Notes: generated by a model from the letters alone, not told the origin. DNA of 64,000 nt from Alphaproteobacteria bacterium (GCA_965237415.1 CBDEFM010000001.1:544001-608000), one strand, 5' to 3'. Counted from the stretch's first letter, positions 40,858 through 52,605 are shown. Numbers and translations are program-made.

Positions 40858-42039
40858 TCAGGCGGCCAGCCGGTTCGCGATCCACTTGTGGAAGTGGTGG
40901 GTCGGCTCGTCCATGACGCCGGAGAACACACCCCCGAGAAAGGCGGGCGAGCCGCGTCCGCGCTGCATGCCCTCGACCACTCCCTGATCCTCCAGGAAGA
41001 CGTTGCGCCATGCTTCCTGCGTCGCGGCGCGCGCCGCGTCGTGGGCGGGGTCGCCCGCCGTCTCCCCGACATAGTAGATCTGCCAGTGCTCCCTCGTCCG
41101 GTCGGGTGAGAGCGGAAAGAGCACAATGGACCATATGTGGTCGTCGTGAACGCCGAGCAGGAGGTTCGGGAACACGGTGGGGTACTCCGACACCCCTTCC
41201 GGCCAGCCCTCGAAGCGGTGGAATCCGGCGGCGGCCTCGCCCGCGCCCGGTCGGTACAGGTTCGACCCCTGTCCCGCAAACAGGTCGCCGCCGTAGTAGT
41301 GGTAGTGGTCCTGGAGGCGCGATCGGCGGTTGAGGTCCCGGTGCACGAACGGCAGGTGGTAGCTCTCGAGGTTGTTCTCGACAACGAGCTTCCAGTTGCC
41401 GTCGAACTCGAGCTGGAAGCTGCCGTGGGTCGCGGCAGGTCGCATCCGTTCGATCTGGGTCCGGTGCGCAAGCCCGTAGACGCGCTCGGCGAGCGGGGCG
41501 ATGTGCTGCTCGAAGGGAGGCGCGTCGCCGCCCAGGTTCACGAATACGAGATCCAGCCACACCGCCGCGCGTATCGCCTTCAATCCGTGGGCACGGCGGT
41601 CGAAGCTGTCGTTCTCGTGCCGCCCGGGCCCGCCGATGTGCGGAGTGACCAGGAGCTCGCCGTCCAGGGCATAGGTCCATGCGTGGTAAGGGCAGCGGAT
41701 TCGCCCGCGGAAGCGGCAGGGCTCGCCTGCGAGCCGATTGCCGCGGTGGCTGCACACGTTGTGGAAGACGCGCACCCCGCCGGCCTCGTCGCGCAGCATG
41801 AGCAGGGGTTGACCCAGGAGCTCGACCGGGCGCGCATCGCCGGGCGCGGGGATCGTGCAGGCGTGACCGATGCAGGTCCAGGTCGGGGAGAACAGACGAT
41901 CGCGCTCCAGCGCCAGAAATCTCCACGAGGTATAGGCGTCGTTCGGCAGGCCGGCCGCATCGACGGTGGGGCGGTTGATGCGCTCGACCAGTTCGGGACG
42001 GAGGCCGTCCAGGCCGGAAACCGAAGGGATGGACTCCAC
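40858..42039 (-). CDS. Rieske non-heme iron oxygenase alpha subunit (choline/betaine monooxygenase-like)
   Basis: NVCSHRG...CPYHAWTY Rieske motif; NWKLVVENNLESYHLPFVH; EDQGVVEGMQRG. Confidence 0.9.
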   Translation of the reverse strand: MESIPSVSGLDGLRPELVERINRPTVDAAGLPNDAYTSWRFLALERDRLFSPTWTCIGHACTIPAPGDARPVELLGQPLLMLRDEAGGVRVFHNVCSHRGNRLAGEPCRFRGRIRCPYHAWTYALDGELLVTPHIGGPGRHENDSFDRRAHGLKAIRAAVWLDLVFVNLGGDAPPFEQHIAPLAERVYGLAHRTQIERMRPAATHGSFQLEFDGNWKLVVENNLESYHLPFVHRDLNRRSRLQDHYHYYGGDLFAGQGSNLYRPGAGEAAAGFHRFEGWPEGVSEYPTVFPNLLLGVHDDHIWSIVLFPLSPDRTREHWQIYYVGETAGDPAHDAARAATQEAWRNVFLEDQGVVEGMQRGRGSPAFLGGVFSGVMDEPTHHFHKWIANRLAA

Positions 42040-42522
42040 GGCGTGTTCCTCGACCGGGTGAGCGGGCGAAACCGCGCGAGCGAAAGTTCTGCGCTTGCGG
42101 CCGGGTACTCCGCCTTGGCGGAATCGTCCACGACCGTCGATGCGCATCGGACCAACCTCCCGACATGTTGTCAACAAGGACTGTCTTGTCGATTCCTACA
42201 GGGACGATTGGTGAATGCGCAGGCGCGGCTGTTCGCAGCGCGGCGCGAGTCGCGCTCCGGGGAGGTGATGCAACTCGAGGAGCGGATCGGGCAGATGCGC
42301 AGGCAGACCGGAGGGGCTGAGGGGCACGTGCTGCGCTCGAGCACCGGCGCGGGCGTTGCGAACGAGCGGGTGGAAACCGGACCCGGTCCGCCCGGTCCCG
42401 CCGGAATCGGGCGTTTCCGGCCGAAACCGCTTGCAATCGCCGGAAGGGGACGGCACCTGTCGGGCGGCGATGCGAGACCCGCACGGCGATCTGTGCAGCA
42501 GAACGGAAGGCCCGCGCCCGCC

Positions 42523-43578
42523 ATGTCCAGCCCCCTTGCCGGCATCGCCCGCTTTCCGCGGGTCCGGCTCGGCCACATGCCGACGCCGCTGGAGCCCGCG
42601 CCCAACCTGGGCGCGGCGCTCGGGATCGAGCTCTGGATCAAGCGCGACGACTGCACGGGCCTCGCCCTCGGCGGCAACAAGGTGCGCCAGCTCGAGTTCC
42701 ACTTCGGCGAGGCCCGCGCCCGGGGCGCGGACACGGTGCTGGTCACCGGCGCGGTGCAGTCGAACCTGGTGTGCATCGCCGCCGCCGCCGCGCGCCGGCT
42801 GGGGATGGCGATCCACATCCAGCTCGAAGACCGGGTGAAGGGCGCCGGGGACCTCTATTGCGCGTCGGGCAACCTGCTGCTCGACCGGGTGCTGGGGGCA
42901 ACGTTGCATGCGTTCCCCGAGGGCGAGGACGAGGCGGCGGCGGACGCGGCGATGGAACGGCGCGCAGCGGCGCTCGCGGCCGAGGGCCGCAAGCCCTACG
43001 TGATTCACTCCGCGCCGGACTGCCCGCCGCTCGGCGGGCTCGGCTACGTGCTGGCGGCCGGCGAGGTCGCGGAGCAGGCCGGAGACTTGCGGATCGGCTT
43101 CGACGCGGCGGTCACGGCCTCGGGCAGTGCGCTCACCCATGCCGGCCTGCTGGTCGGGCTGCGGGCGCTCGGCGAGCGGGTGCCGGTGCTCGGCATCTGC
43201 GTGCGGCGCGATGGCGGGCGGCAGGGCGCGCGGGTGGCGCAGGTGGGGTCCGGGCTCGCGGCGATGATCGGCTGGCCGGATGCGTTCGATGCGGGCGAGG
43301 TGGAGGTCTGCGACGCGGTGCTGGCGCCGGGCTATGGGCGGCTCAATGACGCGGTGCGCGAGGCGATGGCGCTGGCGGCGCGCCACGAGGGGCTGCTGCT
43401 CGACCCGGTCTATACGGCGAGGGCCATGGCGGGACTGATCGGCCATGTGCGCTCGGGCCGGATCGCGCCCGCGAGCCGGGTGCTGTTCGTGCACACCGGC
43501 GGGCAGCCGGCGCTGTTCGCCTATGGCGAGAGCCTGGGGCCCTGGCTGTCGGAAGCGCCCGGCGGACGGACGGGCTGA
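42523..43578 (+). CDS. D-cysteine desulfhydrase/ACC deaminase-family PLP enzyme
   Basis: PTPLE, IKRDDCTG...GGNKVRQLEF, GAVQSN, EGLLLDPVYT, FVHTGG. Confidence 0.88.
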   Translation: MSSPLAGIARFPRVRLGHMPTPLEPAPNLGAALGIELWIKRDDCTGLALGGNKVRQLEFHFGEARARGADTVLVTGAVQSNLVCIAAAAARRLGMAIHIQLEDRVKGAGDLYCASGNLLLDRVLGATLHAFPEGEDEAAADAAMERRAAALAAEGRKPYVIHSAPDCPPLGGLGYVLAAGEVAEQAGDLRIGFDAAVTASGSALTHAGLLVGLRALGERVPVLGICVRRDGGRQGARVAQVGSGLAAMIGWPDAFDAGEVEVCDAVLAPGYGRLNDAVREAMALAARHEGLLLDPVYTARAMAGLIGHVRSGRIAPASRVLFVHTGGQPALFAYGESLGPWLSEAPGGRTG

Positions 43579-43596
43579 GAATACCGGCGCGCCGGA

Positions 43597-44574
43597 TCAG
43601 GGTTGGCGCGGGGCGCCGTTGCCGGCGGAGCGTGGCGCGGCGGCCCGGGCCTCGCCGAGGATCCACTCCCGGAAGGCCCGCAGCTCCGGGCGCTGCCGCG
43701 AGGCGGCGGTGGTGATCAGGCAGCAGCGTTCCGGCGCCTCTTCCTGGCGGTCGAAGAGCGGCACCAGGATCCGCCGTTCCAGCTCGTGGGCGATCAGCAT
43801 GGGGCGTCCGATGGCGCCGCCGAGCCCGCTCGCGGCAGCCTGGACCAGCATGCTGTAGAGGCGGAAGCCGGAGGCGCGGGAGAGGTCCGGCGTGGGCTGG
43901 CCCTGGCGGGCGAACCAGTACGACCAGTCGGCGTCCCAGCCGAGATCGTAGAGCAGCGGCCAATCGGCGAGGTCGGCGGGGCCACGGGGCCGGCCGCGCG
44001 CGGCGAGCAGCGCCGGGCTGCACACCGGCAGCAGCTGCTCCTCGTAGAGCGTCTCCTCGAGCAGCGTGTCCTCGCGCCGTGTCAGCGGGCGCGGGGCGGA
44101 GGTCTCGCCCGAATAGGCGAGCCAGGCGTCGAAGTCGCGCCGCGCCGGGTCGACGCCGCGGTGGTTGGTCTCGAGTTCGATGGCGATGCCGGGGTGGGCG
44201 GCCTTGAACGAGACGAGCCTCGGCAGCAGCCACTTCTCGGCCACCGCCTCGACCGAGACGATGCGCACCCGCCGGGGGGTGTGGCGCTGGCGCTCGGAGA
44301 CGCCGTGGACTTCGGCCAGGATGCGCTGGACCTCCTTGAGATAGGCCCGGCCGCGGCGGTTGAGGCGCACGCCGCGGCGCCGGCGCTCGAAGAGCTCGGC
44401 GCCGAGATGCCTCTCCAGGGTGCGGATACGGTGGGCGACGGCGGCGGCGGTGACGCCGAGCTCCTTGCCGGCAAGGACGAAACTCTGGTGCCGGGCGGCG
44501 GCCTCGAAGAACCGCAGGCTTTCGAGCGGGGGAAGGTGCAGCACGGGGAAGGTCCAGACGAAGCCCTTTGGCAA
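43597..44574 (-). CDS. LysR-family regulator (GcvA-like)
   Basis: LPPLESLRFFEAAARHQSF...ELGVTAAAVAHRIRTLE; PVCSPALL. Confidence 0.9.
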   Translation of the reverse strand: MPKGFVWTFPVLHLPPLESLRFFEAAARHQSFVLAGKELGVTAAAVAHRIRTLERHLGAELFERRRRGVRLNRRGRAYLKEVQRILAEVHGVSERQRHTPRRVRIVSVEAVAEKWLLPRLVSFKAAHPGIAIELETNHRGVDPARRDFDAWLAYSGETSAPRPLTRREDTLLEETLYEEQLLPVCSPALLAARGRPRGPADLADWPLLYDLGWDADWSYWFARQGQPTPDLSRASGFRLYSMLVQAAASGLGGAIGRPMLIAHELERRILVPLFDRQEEAPERCCLITTAASRQRPELRAFREWILGEARAAAPRSAGNGAPRQP

Positions 44575-44650
44575 AACTCGATTATGTCATCTCACATCGG
44601 CGCGTCTCAGGCAAGCCGGGCGCCGCGGCGGAGCCGCCGGGACGCCGGCT

Positions 44651-44938
44651 CTAGGGGCCGCGAAAGCGCCTGCGGTCGCCGTGGCGCCCGGTGGTCTCAA
44701 TGATGTCGAGGAGGATGCGCCGGACTTCCTCGCAATAGGCCCGGCCGCGGCGGTTGAGACGCACGCCGCGATGGCGGCGGATGAACAGCGCGGCGCCGAG
44801 ATGGCTCTCGAGCATGCGGATGCGGTGGGCGACGGCCGGCGGGGTGACGCCGAGCTCGTCGGCGGCGAGGACGAAGCTCTGGTGCCGGGCGGCGGCGTCG
44901 AAGAAGCGGAGGCAGTCGAGGGGTGGGAGCGCGTACAT
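44651..44938 (-). pseudogene. LysR HTH-only truncated paralogue
   Basis: LPPLDCLRFFDAAARHQSF...GVRLNRRGRAY; substrate-binding domain absent. Confidence 0.75.
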
Positions 44939-45039
44939 GGCGTTGCGGCAGTTTACGCAAATCATATTTGGTCATCGAGATAATTCACCTTGATAACGAT
45001 CAGGTCCGCGCCCCTCGTCGATCGCCGACCGCTGCAGGG

Positions 45040-45440
45040 TCGGGCGGGGGGTTCGGGTGGGCCCCTGGGGTCGGACAGTTTGAGGCGGCCGATTTGACCG
45101 GCTTGCGGGGCTGTTCCTCCTCAAAGCGGTTGGGGCTGAGATAGCCGGGCAAGCGCATCGCGTCGAACCGAGCTTCGCACGCCTGCACGCGTTGGAGTGT
45201 CGCCTCCCAGCTATGCTCGAGCTGGGCAGCGATCAAACGGTTGTCCGGATCGCAGGCAGCATAGCGCCACTCGGCCAGCGAGGCCTCGTAGCGGGCTTGC
45301 TGCAGATCCAGTTCAGCCACGCGCTGGCGTTCGCGCAGCTCTTCCTCGCGCATGTGCTCAGCCTCCATCATGGCTTCGATTGCCATGGGCTCCACGACAC
45401 GAATGATCTCCTCGGCGATGGCGGCGTCCACACGAACACC
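45040..45440 (-). mobile_element. Large serine recombinase fragment fused to an IS3-family 3' end
   Basis: QARYEASLAEWRYAACDPDNRLIAAQLE joined to GYLSPNRFEEEQ...VKSAA and a TGTCCGACCCCAGGGGCCCA-type end. Confidence 0.6.
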
Positions 45441-45655
45441 GCCAAATATCTGGCAGCGCTCAAGCCCGAGCTGGATTCGCTGTTCATTGCAACGATAAAC
45501 CGGACTGCCGCGCCGCTGCTCCGAGTGCGCGCGAGGGTCGCTTCCGACGAACGAGCGCGGGGGTCATCGGGAGGGTTGACCGGGGCTGGCGAGGGGCGAT
45601 CGTAAGCCCAAGTATAATTTTCTCAATCAGATAATTGTCCTTTTCTAACAATCCG

Positions 45656-45830
45656 TTGACAACCTTTTCAGGTGATGGTCTGATTCTCTCAGACCGTCGA
45701 GGACGGTCCGGCCGGGGCGGGGATCCCGGGTCTCCAGCCGGCGGTGCGAATGTGATCGAACCCAGCCGTGGCGCCTGCGCGTCCGGGGTGCGGCGGTGCA
45801 CGGGGGACCGAGTGAGCGATGACCGCCGAG
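45656..45830 (+). promoter_or_regulatory. Shared upstream element, copy 1 (TTGACA box, 7-5-7 palindrome, conserved leader)
   Basis: TTGACA-17-TCTGAT; GGTCTGA-N5-TCAGACC at 45677-45695; 35-nt block 33/35 identical to 60699-60733 on the minus strand. Confidence 0.7.
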
Positions 45831-46175
45831 CCGAGCCAGGCCGCACCGCGCAGGGTCCGATCCCGGACCGAAGCGCCCCTTTCCAACCTTCCTTCCGCTG
45901 CCGGGCGGCCGGTCCTCTACGGGCCGCACCGGGCGCGGCGCATGTCCTGCCCCGCTTGCGTTGGCGCCGCCTCGGCGCGCGCGCCCTTTCCGCGTGAACG
46001 ATCGGCGCTGCGCCGCCCGTGCCGGCGCGGCGGCGCCGCCGGGGCGAAGGAAGGAGACGATGAGCGATCCACTCCAGGCGACAGGGATCGGGTGGGGGGC
46101 CACCCGCCGCCTGGCGACCGAATTGGTGTCTCGTGCGACCCGTGCGGCAGCACAGCGGACCAACAGGAGGCGGCG

Positions 46176-47054
46176 ATGAAGAACGAATTCGTGACAGCCA
46201 TGGGCACCGGGACTCGCGCCCGGCCGCTTGACGCGCGTCCCGCGGGCGGAGGGCGTTTCACGACGGCGAAGATATCGAGCCTTCGCGTGCTGGGCGCATT
46301 CGCCGCCCTGTTGTTCCTGGCGCCTCTTGTCATAGGGGAAGCTGAAGGAGCCTGCGAATCGAACCATCGACTCAGTCACAGCGAGGTCGACTGCCTTCAT
46401 GCCTGGTGGGACAACACGCCATCCGCGAGCACCGGCGTCCCCGGGGGAAGCACAGTGGCAGCGATCAGTAATTGTTCCATATACGGAACCGTCGTGGCGA
46501 AAATCGACATTAGGCACAGGAGTGATTGGACTTGGCACCTCGGAAACAGTTCCACGCGGAGGGGAAAGTTAGCGTACCATGATATTCGTGGAGTTTCTTG
46601 CTGTAGGGATATCTCAGACCTCTGCCTAAGACGGCAGGTCGAGGCCAACCCAGATGGCAGAATCGTCGTATACAACACCTCCAGCGCTTCATACGATGCG
46701 GTCGACGTCAGCACGCGTATAAAGCGCTACGAGTTCTGCCAGGACAATCCGGACAACATCTACTGCGTTGTCGATCCCAAGGGGGACGCGTACTGGGAGC
46801 CCAATTGCGGCGATCACGACTGCACGATGGGGGACTGCAACTGGCAGTGGAACAAGAGCGACGCAGCGGAGACCTGCACCAAGGAAGACATGGGCTTTAG
46901 CGGGCACAATTTTTGGTCGCCGCAGTGCGACATAGCTACGAATTGCAGAAGCGCGGATGGGTCTCGAAGCGTGCGAACCCGAGTCTTCGTCACACTGTGG
47001 GATATGGATGACCTGCAGAAATGCGATGATCTTCGAGTCAAGCTGAACTGCTGA
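46176..47054 (+). CDS. Secreted cysteine-rich protein
   Basis: ATG after GGAGG; hydrophobic signal LGAFAALLFLAPLVIGEAEG-A; 16 Cys in the mature part. Confidence 0.75.
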   Translation: MKNEFVTAMGTGTRARPLDARPAGGGRFTTAKISSLRVLGAFAALLFLAPLVIGEAEGACESNHRLSHSEVDCLHAWWDNTPSASTGVPGGSTVAAISNCSIYGTVVAKIDIRHRSDWTWHLGNSSTRRGKLAYHDIRGVSCCRDISDLCLRRQVEANPDGRIVVYNTSSASYDAVDVSTRIKRYEFCQDNPDNIYCVVDPKGDAYWEPNCGDHDCTMGDCNWQWNKSDAAETCTKEDMGFSGHNFWSPQCDIATNCRSADGSRSVRTRVFVTLWDMDDLQKCDDLRVKLNC

Positions 47055-47094
47055 ACGCGGTCGAAGGCCCCCGAGGCCTGTCGCAGGTGCCCCA

Positions 47095-48618
47095 ATGGCC
47101 GATACGCGTGACACGGGGCAGCCGGCGGTTGCCGGTGGTCTCACGAAGCCCGCCGGCGCCGGATCAGGGCGGCACGGCCGCCCGGCGGGCACGCGGCATC
47201 CGGCGATGAGCCCCGTTCGCGCGCTTGCGCTGGTGCTGCTCACGTCGCCGATGCTGATCCTGTGGCCGGCGGCGGGCCAGGGGGCGGAGAGCGTCGCGGG
47301 CGAGCGCTTGGCGCTCACGCTCGACGACGCCATCCGGCTCGCGCTGCAGAACAACCGGGGCCTGCTCGACGCGCGGCTGCAGCGCACGATCCAAGAGTTC
47401 TCGCTGGAGGTGACGGAGGACCGCTACCGGCCTACGGCGAGCGTCGGGTCCTCGCTGCGCGGGCAGAAGGAGCAGGACGACTGGACGACGGACGTTGTCG
47501 CTGAGACGGGGCTCCGGGTTCGCACCGGCGGACAGGTCTCGCTGCGCTGGTCGAAGCCCCTTGCGGGCCGGGACGACACCGCCGGCATCGTCACCCTCGG
47601 CTTCTCGCAGCCGCTGCTGCGGGGCTTCGGGGCGGACGTCGAGACCGCGTCGCTCCGGGCGGCGCGGCTCGGCGAGAAGATCGGCGTTCTGGCCTTCCGC
47701 GAGACCATCGCCGGCGTCGTCGACTCCACGATCCGGGCCTGGCGCGGCCTGGTGCGGGCCGAGCGGCAGCTCGAGATCGGCGAGGCCTCGCTGGAACGCG
47801 CCCGCCAGCAGCTCGCGACCAACCGGACGCTGATCGAGGCGGGCCAGATGGCCGAGCGGGAAATCCTGCAGAGCGAGGCCGACGTCGCCGCGCGGGAACT
47901 CGGCCTGATCGAGACCCGGAACGGCGTGACCACGGCCAACTTCGGGCTCATCGACATCCTCGACATCGACAGCGCGACCGCGATCGAGCCGGTGCAGCGG
48001 CCCGCCGCCGCGCGGCCGGTGTTTTCGGTGCAGGAGGCCATCGAGGTGGCGCTCAGCCGCTCACCCGACCGTGCGCGGGCGCTCATGGACAAAGAGATCG
48101 CCGAGATCGACCTCGAGGTCGCCGAGGACGACCAGCGCTGGGACCTCTCGTTGGACGCCGAAGCGTCGCGCGGCACCGGCGGCGGCGGCCAGGGGACCGA
48201 CTATTCGGCAGGGCTGCGGCTGACGGTTCCGCTCTGGGACCGCGGGCCCGAGCTCGGGCTGATGGGGGCGCGCGCCGATGTCACGCAGGCCGAGCGCCGC
48301 CTGGTGGAGCTGCGCCAGTCCATGGACATCGCCGTGCGCCAGGCGGTGCACGACGTTGAGGTGGGTCTGAGACGGATCGAACTCGCCCGCCAGGCGCTGG
48401 CGCTCACGGAGGAGAAGCTCGCGATCGAGCGGAGCAAGTTGCAGCAGGGGCTGTCCTCGACCTTCCAGCTCAGCCGCTTCGAGGAAGACCTGGTGAGCGC
48501 GCAGAACGCCGAGGTGGACGCGCTGGTCGACTACGAGAACGCGCTCACGTCGTTGGATCGGACGCTGGGCACGACGCTCGAGACCTGGGGCATCGCGGTC
48601 GAGCAGGTCGGCCGATGA
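47095..48618 (+). CDS. TolC-family outer membrane protein
   Basis: LTLDDAIRLALQNN, FSQPLLRGFG, GLRLTVPLWDR; start may be 47206. Confidence 0.85.
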   Translation: MADTRDTGQPAVAGGLTKPAGAGSGRHGRPAGTRHPAMSPVRALALVLLTSPMLILWPAAGQGAESVAGERLALTLDDAIRLALQNNRGLLDARLQRTIQEFSLEVTEDRYRPTASVGSSLRGQKEQDDWTTDVVAETGLRVRTGGQVSLRWSKPLAGRDDTAGIVTLGFSQPLLRGFGADVETASLRAARLGEKIGVLAFRETIAGVVDSTIRAWRGLVRAERQLEIGEASLERARQQLATNRTLIEAGQMAEREILQSEADVAARELGLIETRNGVTTANFGLIDILDIDSATAIEPVQRPAAARPVFSVQEAIEVALSRSPDRARALMDKEIAEIDLEVAEDDQRWDLSLDAEASRGTGGGGQGTDYSAGLRLTVPLWDRGPELGLMGARADVTQAERRLVELRQSMDIAVRQAVHDVEVGLRRIELARQALALTEEKLAIERSKLQQGLSSTFQLSRFEEDLVSAQNAEVDALVDYENALTSLDRTLGTTLETWGIAVEQVGR

Positions 48619-50390
48619 CGGACGGGCACCCAGGCATCCACGGGAGCGTCCTGGAGAACCTGCTCGACGGGGTGATGGTGGTCGAGCGCGGCGGCACCGT
48701 CACGGTGTTCAACCGGGCGGCGGGCCGCATCCTCGGCCTCTCGCCCGGCGAGGTGGTGGGGAACAGCTTTGCGGCGCACTTCATCGCCCGCGAGGGCTTC
48801 GAAGAGCTCAGCGAGCTGATCCTGGACGCCGTGGCCGGGGAGAGCGAGGCTCGCCGGCAGGTGGTGAGCCTCAATGCCGGCAGCGAGACGCGGTCGCTCT
48901 CGGTGGCGACCTCCTACCTGCGCTCGAACGTGGACGGCAAGCCCGTGCCGGTGGCGCTGATCGCCGTGTTCAGCGACATCACCGAGCTCAAGGAGCTGCG
49001 CGAGACCGAGCTGCGGATGGCGAAGGCGGTGGAGGCGCAGCACACCGAGCTTCAGTCCGCCTACCGGCAGATCGAGGAGCGCAACGCAACCCTCGCCGCG
49101 ACGCTGAAGAAGGTTCAGGTCGCGCGGATCATGGCGACGGTGCTGGTGATCGGGGTGTTCCTGGGCGCCGGCGCCTATGTGTGGCAGCCGCTGGACCTGT
49201 TCGGCGGCTCGTCCGATTCGTCCATGGTCGCAGAGGCCGAAGCCGGCGTCTCGGACGGCTTTCGCATGGTGACGGTCGAGCCTCGGCCGATACGGGAGAC
49301 GATCTCGCTGTCGGGCAAGCTGGCGCCGTGGCGGACGGTCGCGGTGACGATCCCGATCCAAAGCACCATCGCCGCGGTGCACTTCCAGTATGGCCAGGAA
49401 GTGAAAGAGGGCGATCTGCTGGTGGAGCTGGACACCACCGAGGCGGTGCGGAAGCACCGCGAGGTGCAGGTGAAGTACATCGAGAAGCTGGAGGCATACG
49501 AGAACGTCGCGAACTGGGAGAGCGGACCCGAAATGGCCGAGGCGCGGCGGTCGTTCACGCGCGCGCGGATGGCGCTCGAGAACCAGGAGAGGCGCCTCAA
49601 GCGGACCACGTTCCTGCTGGAGCAGGGCCTGATCGCAGCCTCCGAGCACGAGGACGCGGAACGGCAGTATCAGAGCCAGCTTCTGGACTTCGAGGCGGCC
49701 CGCGACGACTTCGAGGCAGCAGGCGCCGGGGGCAGCCGGGAGGCGCTGGACAAGGCAGCGCTGGAGCTCAGTACCGCCGAGGAAGAGTTGGCGGAGCTCG
49801 CCGAGAACCTGGGGAAGAGTCGCGTCCATGCGCCGCTGGCAGGCGTTGTCCTGGCGGCGGCGCGCAGCGGCGGCACGCCGCCCCAGGCTGGCACACCGCT
49901 GAGGGAAGGCGAGGCGCTGCTGAGCATCGGGGACTTCGGCCGCATGGCGGCGACCGCCATGGTGGACGAGATCGACGTCGTGCGAATTGCGGTCGGCCAG
50001 GCGGTGTCGGTCACCGGCAACGCATTCCGCGACCTGAGGCTGAATGGCACCGTCACCCACGTTTCGTCGCAGCCCGACCAACGCTCGCGCGGCGCCTCCC
50101 AGTTTGCGGTCGAGGTGACGCTCGACCCGCTTGAGGAGGAGCAGCGGGAGCGATTGCGCGCGGGCATGTCGAGCAGGATGCGGATCGTCGTCTACCAGAA
50201 CGACGCCGCGCTGATCGTGCCGCTGGACGCGGTGGAGCGCCGCGGCCGGATGCATCGGGTCCGTGTGGTCGACCCGGCGACCCGCGAGGTGAAGGAGCGT
50301 GAGGTGAAGATCGGACCCACCACCATGGATTCGGTCGAGATCGTTGCCGGTCTTGCACCCGGCGACGAGATCGTGGTGCCGAAATACTGA
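48615..50390 (+). CDS. Periplasmic adaptor (MacA/HlyD-like) with N-terminal cytoplasmic PAS domain
   Basis: LENLLDGVMVVERGGTVTVFNRAAGRILG...FSDITE (PAS), TM helix, GQEVKEGDLLVELD, VHAPLAGVV, LRAGMS, VAGLAPGDEIV. Confidence 0.85.
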   Translation: MTDGHPGIHGSVLENLLDGVMVVERGGTVTVFNRAAGRILGLSPGEVVGNSFAAHFIAREGFEELSELILDAVAGESEARRQVVSLNAGSETRSLSVATSYLRSNVDGKPVPVALIAVFSDITELKELRETELRMAKAVEAQHTELQSAYRQIEERNATLAATLKKVQVARIMATVLVIGVFLGAGAYVWQPLDLFGGSSDSSMVAEAEAGVSDGFRMVTVEPRPIRETISLSGKLAPWRTVAVTIPIQSTIAAVHFQYGQEVKEGDLLVELDTTEAVRKHREVQVKYIEKLEAYENVANWESGPEMAEARRSFTRARMALENQERRLKRTTFLLEQGLIAASEHEDAERQYQSQLLDFEAARDDFEAAGAGGSREALDKAALELSTAEEELAELAENLGKSRVHAPLAGVVLAAARSGGTPPQAGTPLREGEALLSIGDFGRMAATAMVDEIDVVRIAVGQAVSVTGNAFRDLRLNGTVTHVSSQPDQRSRGASQFAVEVTLDPLEEEQRERLRAGMSSRMRIVVYQNDAALIVPLDAVERRGRMHRVRVVDPATREVKEREVKIGPTTMDSVEIVAGLAPGDEIVVPKY

Positions 50391-50405
50391 GCGCGGGGCC
50401 CCGCG

Positions 50406-51086
<681 letters not shown>

Positions 51087-51100
51087 GGCATCGGGTTGCG

Positions 51101-52318
51101 ATGAGGCGGTCGGGACCGGCTCTGACGGCTACCCTTCGCGAGGCGGTGCGCAGCCTCTACGGCGCCCGCTTGCGCACGCTGCTGGGGCTGATCGGCATCA
51201 CCATCGGCATCGCCTCGGTGATCGCGATGATCTCGACGGGGGAGATCGCAACGGCCCAGTCGCGCAAGCAGTTCGAGGCCGTGGGCACCGACATTCTCTC
51301 CATCGAGAAGTCCGACGACATGGCGCGCACGGCCTCTGGGCAGGGGCCGGCGATCGGCCTCGAAGGCGCGCTCGATCTCGCGGACGCGCTTTCGACGGTC
51401 TCGGACGCGGCACCCCGGATCCGGTCGCAGGGCAAATTCGGCTATGGCGGCAAGTCCATCGGCTCGGGCTCCCTGCAGGGCGTCTCTGCCTCTTTCCTGG
51501 GCGTCAACAGGCTGCGCGTCGCCGAGGGACGCTTCGTCTCGGACATGGACACAGGCCGCTACTTCGCGGTGGTCGGTGCCGAGGTGGCCGGGTCCATGCG
51601 TCGCCGCAGTACCGGCGAGATCGTCGGCGAAACCCTGGAGGTCGATGGGCGCCTCTACACGGTCATCGGTGTGCTGGCGGACGCGCCGGAAAGCTATGCG
51701 CTGCCCTTCCAGGTGGAAGCGAACCGATCCGTGTTCGTGCCCGTCACCACCGTGAGGCGCACAGACCCGAGCGCCGAGATCGAACTGATCATCGCCCGTG
51801 CGGCGCCCGGCATTCACTACACGGAAGCGGCGCGCGACATCGAGGCCTACTTTGCGGAGCGCACCAGGGGACTCGCGGTCGAGGTCACCAGTGCCGAGCA
51901 GCTGATCGAGCAGATGGAATCCCAGCTCGGGCTGATGACGCTGCTGCTCGGCGCCGTCGGCAGCATCAGCCTCATCGTCGGCGGCATCGGCGTGATGAAC
52001 ATCATGCTGATCTCGGTGACCGAGCGCAGGCGCGAGATCGGCGTGCGGCGCGCCCTCGGCGCAACCCGCGGCCACATTCAGCGTCAGTTCCTGAGCGAGG
52101 CCCTGATCCTGACTCTGGGCGGCGGCATCGCCGGGGTCGTGGTCGGGAACGGGACCGCCTACGGCATCTGCCAGTACTTCGCGTGGGATTTCCTCTTGTC
52201 GCCCACACCCATCGTCGCGGGTGTCGGCGTCTCGACCGTTGTCGGCCTCTTCTTCGGCTTCCAGCCCGCCTATCAGGCCTCACGTCTCGATCCCATCGTC
52301 GCCTTGCAGGGGGAATAG
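51101..52318 (+). CDS. MacB/FtsX-family ABC permease
   Basis: RTLLGLIGITIGIASV, ISLIVGGIGVMNIMLISVTERRREIGVRRALGA, PAYQASRLDPIVAL. Confidence 0.92.
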   Translation: MRRSGPALTATLREAVRSLYGARLRTLLGLIGITIGIASVIAMISTGEIATAQSRKQFEAVGTDILSIEKSDDMARTASGQGPAIGLEGALDLADALSTVSDAAPRIRSQGKFGYGGKSIGSGSLQGVSASFLGVNRLRVAEGRFVSDMDTGRYFAVVGAEVAGSMRRRSTGEIVGETLEVDGRLYTVIGVLADAPESYALPFQVEANRSVFVPVTTVRRTDPSAEIELIIARAAPGIHYTEAARDIEAYFAERTRGLAVEVTSAEQLIEQMESQLGLMTLLLGAVGSISLIVGGIGVMNIMLISVTERRREIGVRRALGATRGHIQRQFLSEALILTLGGGIAGVVVGNGTAYGICQYFAWDFLLSPTPIVAGVGVSTVVGLFFGFQPAYQASRLDPIVALQGE

Positions 52319-52329
52319 AGTGCTCCTGC

Positions 52330-52605
52330 GAGGCGACGGCCATAACGCCTGAGAACGGGGAGGTCGCCTGCATCGGCGCGTTCTATGTCGCGCGCGGCCT
52401 GGAGGACGGATCGAACGAGTCAGGGGACTACGCGAGCACCGTTTACCGGCCCGTCAACCCGTACCTCGACCCCCAGTATCCCGGCGATGCCGGTCTGAGC
52501 GACCCGAACCGCTGGCAAACGCTGGCCCTTCGCCTGTTCATCGATCAGGCTGGCAATCCGGCAGACGGGATTCATGAGTTCGTGACCCCCGAATGGGGCG
52601 GTTAA
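52330..52605 (+). pseudogene. Possible vanadium-dependent haloperoxidase internal fragment
   Basis: DGSNESGDYASTVYRPVNP...DPNRWQTL...FVTPEWG; no start, cut by the IS21 end. Confidence 0.5.

Noticed and set aside
41137-42522. Long N-terminal extension of the desulfhydrase (813-aa ORF)
   Set aside because: Overlaps the Rieske gene antisense; family similarity starts at Met 42523.
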